This document shows positions 1 to 10,047 of a stretch of 64,000 bases of DNA, in pieces; the first letter of the stretch is position 1, and each line of letters begins with the position of its first letter. Under the pieces are notes generated by a model. That model was not told where the DNA came from, ran no database searches, and was given only the letters and a program-made list of their open reading frames with translations. The DNA lies in assembly GCA_046483315.1 (NCBI GenBank), contig JAWODJ010000015.1, positions 457-64,456 of the forward strand. Reading direction: 5' to 3'. The position numbers and the translations under genes were made by a program. This DNA is from Bacteroidales bacterium (GTDB taxonomy: Bacteria > Bacteroidota > Bacteroidia > Bacteroidales > PUMT01).

Positions 1-1179
1 GTATTCAGGAAACGGGTTATTTTCATCAAAGGGATATAAGGTATTTTGATCTTCAATTACTATTCCCTGTTCATTAAGACTGCCATCAGCATTGGTTGCC
101 TTACTAAGATCGAGGCCCATATACCTGGCGATAAACGGATATACAGCCATTCGTTTATTGTAGTCATATCCGTGACCTTCATCAGGAAGATGAATATTGC
201 CAACAAGTCCGGGGCTCCCAAACAACTCATAGATATATTTAATATAGGGGTATTCCACATCAGGAGTATTGCTTGTCCAGTCGCCGCCGACAGATACAAG
301 TAACTGCGGCCGGGGAGCAGCAAGAGCCGCAATCTCAACGTTATTGGTCTGAAATCCGGGAGACCTGTGAACAGGCATGCCGCTTTCACAGATGCAGCCG
401 CCGAAAAAATGAGCCGAAACCATCACAACAGGTACGGAGACTGAAATACGCTCATCCACTGCTGCAAGCAGAAAAGTCTGGGTTCCTCCGCCTGAAGCAC
501 CGGTAACACCGATATTATCAGGGTCGGCGCCTGTATGGATTAAAAAGTCAACTGCCCTGATGCTATTCCATAACTGGAGCTTAAGCACTTCGGGATGTTC
601 ATGTTCCCAGCCATATTCGGCAAGTTGTCCGTAACCGACCATATCCCACGCAAAAACAACGGCTCCCATCCGGGCCATGGAGGCAAAACGCTTTTGGGCA
701 TCAGCCCTGTAACGGCCATAATCACCCTGCTCGTTCCAGTGGCCGTGCGGACTTAAAATTCCTGGCATTTTTTCGTTTTTATCTTCAGGAAAATAAAGAC
801 TTCCGGTGACATAGACCCCTGGAAGACTTTCAAAAGCAACGTTTTGCACCTTGTAACCGTCAAAAGATCTTATTTCCCCAAACAAAGGATTCAGCCGGCA
901 TTTCTCAGGAAAAGATTCCAGTCCCGCTCCTTTCAGAATCTGGTTCCTGACCTTTTCAGCCCTGGACTCCCAATCACTCAATGTTGATATCTCAGATTGT
1001 ATACTATCCAAAAATGCTTTCCCTTCATCTTCGGTAAAATGATGCCCTACACATAACATTGATTCAGATGAATTATCAGTTTCCTGGATGTTGCAGCAAT
1101 TAAAAAGACCCGGGAGTACAAGTCCGCATGCAATGATAACAAGAGATGAAGGCAAAAACCGGAATTTATTATTTTTCAT
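1..1179 (-). CDS. alpha/beta-fold hydrolase (acetyl-xylan-esterase-like) lipoprotein; C-terminus lies beyond the window edge
   Basis: Absent from the ORF track because it has no stop in the window. Hand translation from ATG (1179..1177) stays open to base 1 (393 codons). It reads MKNNKFRFLPSSLVIIACGL (lipobox-like IIAC) and later NIGVTGASGGGTQTFLLAAVDERISVSVP (GxSxG nucleophile elbow). The core block is paralogous to 1201..3408. Confidence 0.75.
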   Translation of the reverse strand, partial: MKNNKFRFLPSSLVIIACGLVLPGLFNCCNIQETDNSSESMLCVGHHFTEDEGKAFLDSIQSEISTLSDWESRAEKVRNQILKGAGLESFPEKCRLNPLFGEIRSFDGYKVQNVAFESLPGVYVTGSLYFPEDKNEKMPGILSPHGHWNEQGDYGRYRADAQKRFASMARMGAVVFAWDMVGYGQLAEYGWEHEHPEVLKLQLWNSIRAVDFLIHTGADPDNIGVTGASGGGTQTFLLAAVDERISVSVPVVMVSAHFFGGCICESGMPVHRSPGFQTNNVEIAALAAPRPQLLVSVGGDWTSNTPDVEYPYIKYIYELFGSPGLVGNIHLPDEGHGYDYNKRMAVYPFIARYMGLDLSKATNADGSLNEQGIVIEDQNTLYPFDENNPFPEY

Positions 1180-1200
1180 ATCAAATATATAACTGGTTGA

Positions 1201-3408
1201 TTATTCAATCCACTTCAGAAAAAGGCCTGATAAATTATCCGAAGAATCTGTTATTATCAAATCATTCTCCTTTACGTCTGATTGCCTTTGATATCCTGAC
1301 CTGATAACTGCAAGGTCTGCATTTATACAATCCTTATCATCAGCCTGACCCGCTCCGTCAGTTGCTCCTGCAATAATAAGTTTACGCGGAGCAAGTGATG
1401 CAGCAAGGTCAGGCAGGTCATATACCTGCAATGCACCTGCAACAAAACTCCTGATAAAACCGGCATTGTAAAAACGGTTCGTGACAACCGAGTAATAGGA
1501 TGTATATGGCTCAATCAAAGCCACATGTGAAAACAAGCCATTGAACGCTGCAGCATGCAACAAGGCAGGCGACATATCCCTTATGGCAACGGCATAAATC
1601 TCCACAGCTTCATGATGCCTGTCCAGCACTGAAGCAAGCCTGACAAGATCTGCCGCATGAATCCCCACAATGCTTCTTCCTGTCAAAACAGAGGTAAACC
1701 ATACACTAATGGATGCTCCCGGTATATATAAATTTTCCCTGATATGACCGGGTCCCAGTTCACCGGTCCCAAGCATGTCAGGAACAAGCACCATGAATCC
1801 CTTATTGAGAAACCACCTGACTTCCGGACCGGGATCAGAAACCGCCAACTTACCTTCGGGGTGAATGTATATTACCGCCTTACCGTTGTTATTAAATGGC
1901 ACCATTAACAGATATGGTATGACATAATCACCTTCACCCTTAATAAAATATTTCTCCGTAATATAACCTTCCTGTTGTAATCTGCCGCTAAATACCGGTT
2001 CCCCCGGAAAAAGCGGTTCCCTGTATCCTGATATCATCATGGCTGAATCAGGTAACCCTCTCAGATGAATTACGGGGTCGGACCTTGATTCATTCAGGTT
2101 TCCGTATAGCTTTTCCGAATATGACCTGTTCAGGCTGAAGACGGTTTCGCTGTTCAGTGATACTGACACCTGTCCGTCAGGTGTAACACGAACTTCATCC
2201 TGATGAGGGATTTCCTGTTCTTTATCCTCCGCATCTCCGGGATTGCCAAGGTGTCTCTGAAAAAATGAATACATTGCTTCCCTGTTCCTGGCGGTTGAAG
2301 CATGACCGGCATCATCTTCAACCATCGAAAAATTATCCTCCTTACCAAATGCTCGGTAAACTTCAGAAACCTCATCTGAAGTCTCACGAGCCCCCTGGAT
2401 GCTGAAAAAATCATTGGTTGTGGTAATCATCAAAGCTGGCAGGGGAGCACGAACTGTCAACAGATCTGCATGGTCAATTCCGAGCCGGATTCCGTGAAAG
2501 AAATTCTGCTCAGCATCCTGCGGCCCGATGGACTGCAATAATCGTGTGAAACCAGTAATATAGCATTCAGGAGCCGAGGCATAAATTCTGTCATCAAATG
2601 CAGCAATATAGGAAGATTGAGTCCCTCCCCCTGAACGTCCTGTTATTCCAATTCTTGCGGTATCAACCTCATCCCTCGAAAAGAGATAATCAACAGCCCT
2701 GATACCATCCCAGATCATATACATAGCCTGTGAACTTCCCGACAGAAAGGCCTGTGCCCCGGCATATGAATGTTCGCTGGTAGGACCACCTATTTCCGAT
2801 GCTCCCGTGTCAGGATTGTAATATTCGCTTCTCTCTCCCTGCCCAACCGGATCGAAGGCAAAGACTATAAATCCTTTTTCAACAAGGTTTAGAATAATAT
2901 GAAGATAAACAGGGCTCCGGTAACCCTCCGCTGAATGACCGCTGCAATAAACAATGGCAGGGGATTTTCCGGTCAGTCCGGCAGGAATAAACATAGAGGC
3001 GGTTACAAAAAAACCGGGCTGTGACTCATATACTATATGCTCTATACGATAGCCATCCTTTTCAATGACCCTGAGGATAGAAGAATTCAAATCGGTCTTT
3101 TCCGGGAACGGGCCGACAATTTTATTAAGGGTTTCTTTTACATATCCCTGCCTCTTCTTCCAGTCCAGTGGTGAATGCAGGTCATCAATCAAAACAGATC
3201 TCTTTTCAAGCAGATCATAAGAATGATGAGAAAGAAAATTATACAAAGCATTATGTGAGTCTTTGTATCGGAGCCAATTCCCCAGTATATCAGTTTCCTG
3301 CTGGGCATTCAGCAGGAACAGGTTCAGAAAAAGGGTAAAAAATATACTCACAGATATCCTGTGCTTATCCGGACATCCGGCGTTGTTGATAAATATGTTC
3401 CTGCTCAT
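1201..3408 (-). CDS. large secreted alpha/beta-fold hydrolase (esterase/peptidase-like)
   Basis: 735 aa ORF with a hydrophobic N-terminal signal-like segment. The block IGITGRSGGGTQSSYIAAFDDRIYASAPECY parallels the GxSxG block of the neighbouring partial gene. Confidence 0.75.
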   Translation of the reverse strand: MSRNIFINNAGCPDKHRISVSIFFTLFLNLFLLNAQQETDILGNWLRYKDSHNALYNFLSHHSYDLLEKRSVLIDDLHSPLDWKKRQGYVKETLNKIVGPFPEKTDLNSSILRVIEKDGYRIEHIVYESQPGFFVTASMFIPAGLTGKSPAIVYCSGHSAEGYRSPVYLHIILNLVEKGFIVFAFDPVGQGERSEYYNPDTGASEIGGPTSEHSYAGAQAFLSGSSQAMYMIWDGIRAVDYLFSRDEVDTARIGITGRSGGGTQSSYIAAFDDRIYASAPECYITGFTRLLQSIGPQDAEQNFFHGIRLGIDHADLLTVRAPLPALMITTTNDFFSIQGARETSDEVSEVYRAFGKEDNFSMVEDDAGHASTARNREAMYSFFQRHLGNPGDAEDKEQEIPHQDEVRVTPDGQVSVSLNSETVFSLNRSYSEKLYGNLNESRSDPVIHLRGLPDSAMMISGYREPLFPGEPVFSGRLQQEGYITEKYFIKGEGDYVIPYLLMVPFNNNGKAVIYIHPEGKLAVSDPGPEVRWFLNKGFMVLVPDMLGTGELGPGHIRENLYIPGASISVWFTSVLTGRSIVGIHAADLVRLASVLDRHHEAVEIYAVAIRDMSPALLHAAAFNGLFSHVALIEPYTSYYSVVTNRFYNAGFIRSFVAGALQVYDLPDLAASLAPRKLIIAGATDGAGQADDKDCINADLAVIRSGYQRQSDVKENDLIITDSSDNLSGLFLKWIE

Positions 3409-3444
3409 GACTTTTATAATAATTAGAAAATATTTCCCTCCCTG

Positions 3445-4251
3445 TCAAATTTCCGATGCCGCTTCGGAATCAATAAATAACAATGCATCAGGATGTTTTC
3501 TTAATACAGATGCCGGGCAGGAAGTACTGATCTCCATATTCAGCGTATTTTTTACCGCTTCAGCCTTACGTTTTCCCGGCACAACACAACTAATTGATTT
3601 ACAATTCATAATAGCTGTTATGGTGAGAGTGACAGCCTCAACCGGCACATTATCAAGAGAAGGAAACCATCCTTCTCCCAGCTGTTGTCTGCGGCAAGCT
3701 TCATCAAGCTCGACAACCTTAACCAGGAATGGGTCGTTGAAATCCGCTACCGGCGGATCATTAAAGGCTATGTGACCGTTTTCACCTATTCCTATGCATG
3801 CAATGTCAACAGGATTTTCTTCCAGCAGTCTTGCATATTTCTTTATTTCCGCATCAAGATCTGATGAGTCACCATTAATAAGATATACACGGCCAGGATT
3901 AACTATGTCAAGTATGCGTTCTTTCAGGTATTTACGGAAACTTGCGGGGTGGTTTTCAGACATACCTTTATATTCATCAAGATGAAATACGGTTATCCTG
4001 TCCCACTCTATGTCCTTCTTCTTAAGCTCCTCAATAAATGAAAGTTGTGATGTTCCTGTAGCGAGAATCAGATTGGCTGTGCCTCTTTCATTTATAGCTT
4101 TCCGAATGACATCTGAAACATGGCTGGCTGCAGCTATCCCTGTGTCATTTTCCGACTCATATACCTCAATCTTTAGTTTTTCTTTGTAAAATGTTTTTAA
4201 AGGGTGCGACATATCTTCACTGTTTTTTTTGGTTATTGACAAAAATGACAA
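3445..4251 (-). CDS. nagB: glucosamine-6-phosphate deaminase/isomerase family protein (NagB-like)
   Basis: 268 aa. Motifs LILATGTSQ and GIGENGHIAFNDP are typical of the NagB/6-phosphogluconolactonase fold. The real start may be Met14 (4212). Confidence 0.8.
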   Translation of the reverse strand: MSFLSITKKNSEDMSHPLKTFYKEKLKIEVYESENDTGIAAASHVSDVIRKAINERGTANLILATGTSQLSFIEELKKKDIEWDRITVFHLDEYKGMSENHPASFRKYLKERILDIVNPGRVYLINGDSSDLDAEIKKYARLLEENPVDIACIGIGENGHIAFNDPPVADFNDPFLVKVVELDEACRRQQLGEGWFPSLDNVPVEAVTLTITAIMNCKSISCVVPGKRKAEAVKNTLNMEISTSCPASVLRKHPDALLFIDSEAASEI

Positions 4252-4288
4252 ACTTCTCCGAACATATTCCCCGTAAGGATTTACCGGA

Positions 4289-5536
4289 TCAGAAAAAGCT
4301 CAGTATTGCAAAATAGGTTGTTATAAGAGAAAACAGTATTACTGCAACCAAACCTGTATTCATTCTCCATGTAGGCAAATGGGAATTCACTACATCTTTC
4401 CTGTTTATTAACAGGAATACCGGTATGGCAACGGCAGGAAGTATAGCTGCCTGAAACGCCTGTGAAAACACCATAAGGATAGGGGGTGTCTGATTAATCA
4501 ATACTGAACCAAACGCAAAAATAAGTCCCCCGAAAATTAATATCCTGTACATAGGTGATTTAATATTACGCGGTCTGCCTGTATAATCGGATATCAGCCA
4601 CGGTGCAATCAGGACAATCGGAAACACCGTTGATAATCCCGCTCCGGTAATACCAATAATCAGCAAAAATGCAGCAACCTGTCCCCCTAGTGGCTCAAAA
4701 AGTCGTATCATTTCAACAGTGTTATCAAGCTTAAGGCCAAGAACATGCAAAGTCCCGGCAGATACGGCCATGATTACACCGCTGAGAAAAAGCATCATTG
4801 CGGCAGAAGTAAATGCATCTCTCTTTTCAGTTTTCAGATTTTTTATAGTCCAACCTTTCTCGGCCACTACAGTGCTGCGCATAATAAAAACAGCAGCCGA
4901 ACAGGTGGTACCCACCATGGCAGCAATAAGGCGAAGGGCCCCGGCGGTTTCCGGTACACCAGGGACCATGCCTTTGAAAATGACAGAAAATGAAGGCCTG
5001 ACCATAAAAAACACGGCAATAAAACATAATGCCATTAGTATAACAAAAACCGTCAGAATTTTTTCAAACATCCTGTACCTGCCATACCAGAGAAGAAAAT
5101 AGAGTATAACGGCAAATAACAGGATTATCCAGAATGTATCAATCATTACGGCATGGCTACCGGATACAAGCCGGATCCCCTCCTGAACAAGTTCGGCAAC
5201 TATCCCCATAATTCCCATGAGCGCGAGGAGTTCACCTATAATCAGGGCTATAATAATATATACCGCAAGTATCCGGCCTCCCCTTATCCTGGATTTAATA
5301 TTATACAATGCAGTATTTCCTGATGTCAGAGTCATCTGCCCGTATGCAACCATAAGTATCCAGGTGAACAGGCAGGAGAGGATAAGTGCCCAGAAAAGTG
5401 TCATGCCGTACTCTGCCCCTGCCTTTGCCATGGTGGTTATGCTTCCGGTTCCGATATTATATCCTATCAGAAATAAACCGGGACCTACCGCACTAAGTGC
5501 TATCAGTATTTTATTTTTCGGGCTTTTTTTATTCAT
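4289..5536 (-). CDS. NRAMP-fold membrane transporter lacking the canonical metal-binding motifs
   Basis: 415 aa polytopic protein. The N-terminus GPGLFLIGYNIGTGSITT aligns to the NRAMP TM1 block, but NIGT replaces DPGN. The TM6 block reads GTTCSAAVFIMRS instead of G(A)TVMPHNLYLHS. Confidence 0.7.
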   Translation of the reverse strand: MNKKSPKNKILIALSAVGPGLFLIGYNIGTGSITTMAKAGAEYGMTLFWALILSCLFTWILMVAYGQMTLTSGNTALYNIKSRIRGGRILAVYIIIALIIGELLALMGIMGIVAELVQEGIRLVSGSHAVMIDTFWIILLFAVILYFLLWYGRYRMFEKILTVFVILMALCFIAVFFMVRPSFSVIFKGMVPGVPETAGALRLIAAMVGTTCSAAVFIMRSTVVAEKGWTIKNLKTEKRDAFTSAAMMLFLSGVIMAVSAGTLHVLGLKLDNTVEMIRLFEPLGGQVAAFLLIIGITGAGLSTVFPIVLIAPWLISDYTGRPRNIKSPMYRILIFGGLIFAFGSVLINQTPPILMVFSQAFQAAILPAVAIPVFLLINRKDVVNSHLPTWRMNTGLVAVILFSLITTYFAILSFF

Positions 5537-5579
5537 CCGGCGTCCATTTATCGATACCCCATATCGTGCTTACTGCACA

Positions 5580-6836
5580 TCATCGTTGCTGAGGAGAATC
5601 ATAAACAACCTCACCTTTAACTATTGTTTTTAATACATTCATTTCAAAGTTTTCAAGCGTAAAGAGAATCAAATCGGCCCTCATTCCGGGTTTTATTTCA
5701 CCCCTGTCGCTCATACCGTAAAAACGGGCAGGATTAGTGCTTGTCATTTGAATTGCAGTAGCAAGATCACAACCAGTAACCTTCATTACATGCCCAACCC
5801 CTTTTGAAAGAGGTGATGCCGAACCACTCAGGACATTCTGGGCGGGATAGATCACTGCACCCTCCCGTGTCAGCTGTATCGTATCTCCAATGGCATTCTG
5901 GTAATATCCCGGAGCCAGTCCGCCATAATGACTTACATCGGAAGTAATGATAATACGGTTTGATCCCTTGGTATTGTAAAACACTCTTATCTGCTCCGGC
6001 AGCAGATGAAATCCATCACAAATAATGCTAATCATCAGTCTGTCATCAGATAACTGAGGCCACAGCGGGTTCCTGTGACGATGAATGGTATTGGCCAAAC
6101 CATTTCCGAGATGAGTGGCTATCCGGGCTCCACGGTCAATTGCTTCTTTAATCTGATCAGAAGATCCGTCATGATGACCAAGTCCGATTTTAATTCCCAG
6201 CTCATTAACCCCGGAAATAAAATCCATGGCACCATCAACATCAGGAGCCACGGTAACCTGCATGATATTTCCCCCGGAAGCTTCGTAAAGCTCCAGAAAT
6301 TCATTCAAATCCGGCGGACGGACATGCTGCAGCGGATGGGCACCCCTGTAACCATCGACAGGTGAAATATATGGACCCTCCAGGTGAAATCCGGCTATAG
6401 ATCCCAGTGTTGATTCATCATCCCTGACTTCGGCCAGCAGTTTAAAGTTTTTCAGAAATATTTCGTGATCATTTGTTGTCAGGGTGGGCATATAAGTAGT
6501 CACCCCCTCTTTCCAGAAAGCTGAAGTAATATTATGTATACCTTCAGCACTCAGCTCACCGCCTGTATCGACAAAGGAAACTCCCTTGTAGCCGTTAACC
6601 TGATTATCAATCAGTCCGGGAGCAATGTATATCTCACCGGAGCCCTCCGGCAACTCATCCAGCCTGACTATGCCGGTGATCAGACCCTCCTCAAACTCTA
6701 TACGTACAGGAGTCTGATCCATATAAAAGAGGCCTTCAATGCTCTGCTGTGAATAGGACATATAACAATTCATTAAAAAAAAAGAAACAAGCAATAATCC
6801 AAAGAATCTCATATAAATTGTTTTTAAGATTTTCAT
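5580..6836 (-). CDS. nagA: N-acetylglucosamine-6-phosphate deacetylase family amidohydrolase (NagA-like)
   Basis: 418 aa. The blocks GFHLEGPYISPVDGYRGAHP and PGLIDNQVNGYKGVSF are typical NagA. The annotated start gives a signal-peptide-like N-terminus (MKILKTIYMRFFGLLLVSFFLMNCYMSYSQQ). An alternative start is Met39 (6722). Confidence 0.8.
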   Translation of the reverse strand: MKILKTIYMRFFGLLLVSFFLMNCYMSYSQQSIEGLFYMDQTPVRIEFEEGLITGIVRLDELPEGSGEIYIAPGLIDNQVNGYKGVSFVDTGGELSAEGIHNITSAFWKEGVTTYMPTLTTNDHEIFLKNFKLLAEVRDDESTLGSIAGFHLEGPYISPVDGYRGAHPLQHVRPPDLNEFLELYEASGGNIMQVTVAPDVDGAMDFISGVNELGIKIGLGHHDGSSDQIKEAIDRGARIATHLGNGLANTIHRHRNPLWPQLSDDRLMISIICDGFHLLPEQIRVFYNTKGSNRIIITSDVSHYGGLAPGYYQNAIGDTIQLTREGAVIYPAQNVLSGSASPLSKGVGHVMKVTGCDLATAIQMTSTNPARFYGMSDRGEIKPGMRADLILFTLENFEMNVLKTIVKGEVVYDSPQQR

Positions 6837-6915
6837 TATCCCTTAAATAGTTACCAGTATAAATCATTATTGGTTTTGAATAAAATACCGTTTAGGGGGG
6901 TAAAGGCTGCTGTAT

Positions 6916-8262
6916 TTATCCTTTTTGCGCAACAGGTTTTAAATCCGTTAAGTCTTCTATCCTGATAATTTTGCCATTTTCTATGCTTTCCCTCGCTGCT
7001 ATACCAATCAGAGCCGACATAGCCCCGTCACGTGACCCTGCCGATTGTTTAAAACGGTCTGTCGCATCCGGGTATCTGAAAAGCCGGTCTTTCAGCAACG
7101 GATCAGAACCTCCGTGTCCTCCGGTCTGCGGCATAACCTGAATTGTTTTAACATTTCCGAAAAGGTTGATTATCTTTATCTCCTCATGCGGCCTGGCCCC
7201 TCCGGGCATGGATTGCTGTATCCACGTATCAAGACGCCCCCTGGTCCCGTTGATGGCCAGGCGGTAACCTTCATAAGGGGAAAAAGCTGTTAATGAATAG
7301 TTTACCTTGACTCCGCTGGCATACCTGTACTGAACAGCCATAGTATCATAAATATCTATCTCCTTTCTGAAAACGCATCCATCACGCAGGTAACCATCAT
7401 ATTTCTCATTATCAACATACAAACGCATTAAAGAGGCGTTTTTTGTGATATCCCAATAAAAGTTACATTGGCTTTTAAACGGACAGGTACGGCAATGTGT
7501 GTGACTTATATCGCTGTTTTTCCTCCCATAGAAGTCCAGCGATCCATAAGCAAATACTTCCTCGGGTTCCGAATTCACCCAGTAATTCAACGCATCGAAA
7601 TGATGGGTTGCTTTATGCACGAGCAGGGTGCCCCCTATATCTCTTAATCCGTGCCACCTCCTGAAATAACTCGCTCCGTGATCAGTGTCGAGGTACCAGT
7701 TCAGATCAACCGATTTGATATCTCCAATCTCGCCAGACCTGAGTAATTCCCATATCTTCCGTACATAGTTCCTGTAACGCATGTTGAATGTCACCACTAC
7801 CTTATTACCCGTCCTCTTTTCCGCATCCAGGATCGCCTGACATTTTCTTTGATCGGTGGTCATCGGTTTTTCAGAAATCACTTTGATGCCGCTTTCCAGT
7901 CCCTTAATAATGAATTCATCATGCGTATTATCAGTTGTGACAACTATCAGAATATCAGGTTTTGTCTCTTTAAGCATCTTGTCAAAATCGGTGTAAACCG
8001 GACAGTCAACCTTCATTAATTCTTTGGCATATTTCAACCTTCCGGGATTAATGTCGCACAGACCAACAAATTCTATTACATCATCATATTCTGCTTTGAC
8101 AGATGTACCCCACATACCCGTGCCCCTTATTCCGGTGCCGACCATTGCAATTTTTTTTCTTTGCCCGGTTGTGAACCCAAAAGCCCCCGATGAAGTCATT
8201 ACCGCTCCTGCAGCTAATAAACCGGTTTTTTTAATGAATCTCCGGCGATCTACCTTTTCCAT
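6916..8262 (-). CDS. Gfo/Idh/MocA-family oxidoreductase with twin-arginine signal
   Basis: 448 aa. It has a DRRRFIKKTGLLAAGAV Tat-type signal followed by the Rossmann block KIAMVGTGIRG. Confidence 0.8.
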   Translation of the reverse strand: MEKVDRRRFIKKTGLLAAGAVMTSSGAFGFTTGQRKKIAMVGTGIRGTGMWGTSVKAEYDDVIEFVGLCDINPGRLKYAKELMKVDCPVYTDFDKMLKETKPDILIVVTTDNTHDEFIIKGLESGIKVISEKPMTTDQRKCQAILDAEKRTGNKVVVTFNMRYRNYVRKIWELLRSGEIGDIKSVDLNWYLDTDHGASYFRRWHGLRDIGGTLLVHKATHHFDALNYWVNSEPEEVFAYGSLDFYGRKNSDISHTHCRTCPFKSQCNFYWDITKNASLMRLYVDNEKYDGYLRDGCVFRKEIDIYDTMAVQYRYASGVKVNYSLTAFSPYEGYRLAINGTRGRLDTWIQQSMPGGARPHEEIKIINLFGNVKTIQVMPQTGGHGGSDPLLKDRLFRYPDATDRFKQSAGSRDGAMSALIGIAARESIENGKIIRIEDLTDLKPVAQKG

Positions 8263-8271
8263 AACCTTAAA

Positions 8272-9672
8272 TTAAATTAACTTAGTATTGCCACCTTTTT
8301 CCAGCATAATATCCATACCTGGCTTATTTGACTGCCATGATCCGGCTGTGAAATCGGGAACATTCACCGGCATGGAACGGTTGGCAACTGACCATTCACT
8401 CAGGGGTATGACCGAACTCCATAAAGCTGCATCATATACATTCATATCCAGTGGCAGTCCGTTGCGCAGACAATCTACCAGCCGCCAGTCCATTAAAGTG
8501 TCCATCCCGCCATGTCCTCCAACCTGACGGGCCATCCCGCCTACCCTTTTTGTTATTTCGGGGGTATATTGTTCCTCAAGAGCCTTAAACTCTTCATCCG
8601 AAACCCAGCCACGGTGACTGGTGGCAATTCTGGCGGGCAAAGGATATTTCCTGGCAATTCCCTTTGTTCCGCTGATAAGATGAATCCTTGAATATGGGCG
8701 TGGTGAACTGACATCATGCTGCACCATGATGGTCCTTCCTTTCCCGGTCCGGATTATGGTAGTATTCATGTTGCCACGGTAATCCCTGCCGACATATTCG
8801 TGCCAGAAATCATCTTCAGCAGCAAGCTCTTCGGCCCTCTTTCCCATCATAAAATCATTACTTGACACAGAAACCAGAAACTCCATTCTGTCGCCGAAAT
8901 TGATGTCCATTAACTGACATATCGGGCCCAATCCGTGCATAGGATACAAACTGCCATCTCTTTTGGAATTCTCCTCAAGCCTCCACATATTTGCATAGCC
9001 GGTTTTGGAAAAATTGTGTCCCATCAGATCGTGTATGTATGCTCCCTCTCCGTGAATCATCTCACCAAAGAACCCCTGCCTGGCCATATTGAGAGTCATC
9101 ATTTCAAAGAAATCATAGCATACATTTTCAAGCATGATACAATGTTTCCGGGTCCTTTCCGATGTCTCAACCAGCTGCCAGCACTCATCCATAGTCTGTG
9201 CTGCAGGAATTTCGGTAGCGGCATGTTTGTCGTTTTCCATGGCATAAACAGACATTGGAGCATGAAGATGCCAGGGAGTGCATATATATACGAGATCCAC
9301 ATCATCTCTCTCACAAAGTTTTTTCCACTCATTCTCTCCCCCTGAATATATTGCAGGGTCATGGCCATGATCCCTTACAAACTCGCGTGCACGGTTTACC
9401 CGGGACGGATCGAGATCAGACAGGGCAGTTATTTTAACATCACCTATATGTACATGACGCCTGAGTGCCCCGTATCCGCGGCTGCCCACTCCTATAAGCC
9501 CTATGCGGACGGTATCAATTTTCGGAGCTGCATAACCGGCCATGTTAAATCTTTGGTTATGCGTTAACCTGAAAGGCGCTTTATCATCTGCAATTCCTGT
9601 AAATCCGGCACCGGCCATGCCAACCCCGGCCAGACCTGTCAGTTTAATAAAATCTCTGCGACTGGTTTTCAT
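8272..9672 (-). CDS. GH109-like NAD-dependent glycosidase / Gfo-Idh-MocA oxidoreductase with Tat signal
   Basis: 466 aa with an SRRDFIKLTGLAG Tat signal. The blocks MLENVCYDFFEMMTLNMARQGFFGE, LYPMHGLGPICQLMDIN, GGHGGMD and VPDFTAGSW parallel the Elizabethkingia GH109 alpha-N-acetylgalactosaminidase as I recall it. Confidence 0.75.
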   Translation of the reverse strand: MKTSRRDFIKLTGLAGVGMAGAGFTGIADDKAPFRLTHNQRFNMAGYAAPKIDTVRIGLIGVGSRGYGALRRHVHIGDVKITALSDLDPSRVNRAREFVRDHGHDPAIYSGGENEWKKLCERDDVDLVYICTPWHLHAPMSVYAMENDKHAATEIPAAQTMDECWQLVETSERTRKHCIMLENVCYDFFEMMTLNMARQGFFGEMIHGEGAYIHDLMGHNFSKTGYANMWRLEENSKRDGSLYPMHGLGPICQLMDINFGDRMEFLVSVSSNDFMMGKRAEELAAEDDFWHEYVGRDYRGNMNTTIIRTGKGRTIMVQHDVSSPRPYSRIHLISGTKGIARKYPLPARIATSHRGWVSDEEFKALEEQYTPEITKRVGGMARQVGGHGGMDTLMDWRLVDCLRNGLPLDMNVYDAALWSSVIPLSEWSVANRSMPVNVPDFTAGSWQSNKPGMDIMLEKGGNTKLI

Positions 9673-9948
9673 AATTATTGTCTTATACGTTTAAGAATAT
9701 TATATTTTGATTATACCTGTTAATTTTTACTTCACAGGCAAACATAAACTATATGGAACATTTAAGCAAAAAAAAATGAATGTATTTAATACTTTTTTGG
9801 TGATATTAGCTTATTTTTCTTTATAAAAATCACATTACTGCTTCATATTATTTCAATATCACCGTGTTTTTTAACATGTATTTGCATAAATGTATTGTCA
9901 GCATTTTATCTATAAAATTTGTTGTGCTTCACAAGCAAATCATACTGA

Positions 9949-9968
9949 GTTTTGCAATTTATCAATCA
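9949..9968. repeat. 20-bp exact repeat copy 1 (GTTTTGCAATTTATCAATCA)
   Basis: Identical 20-mer to 11448..11467. It lies in the intergenic region upstream of the GH109-like gene. Confidence 0.9.
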
Positions 9969-10047
9969 AAATAATCTGACACGCAATCCGTTGAAGGGCA
10001 GCTTTCAGATTGAAAGAAAAAATACCTTTCGGTTATCACACACTTGC

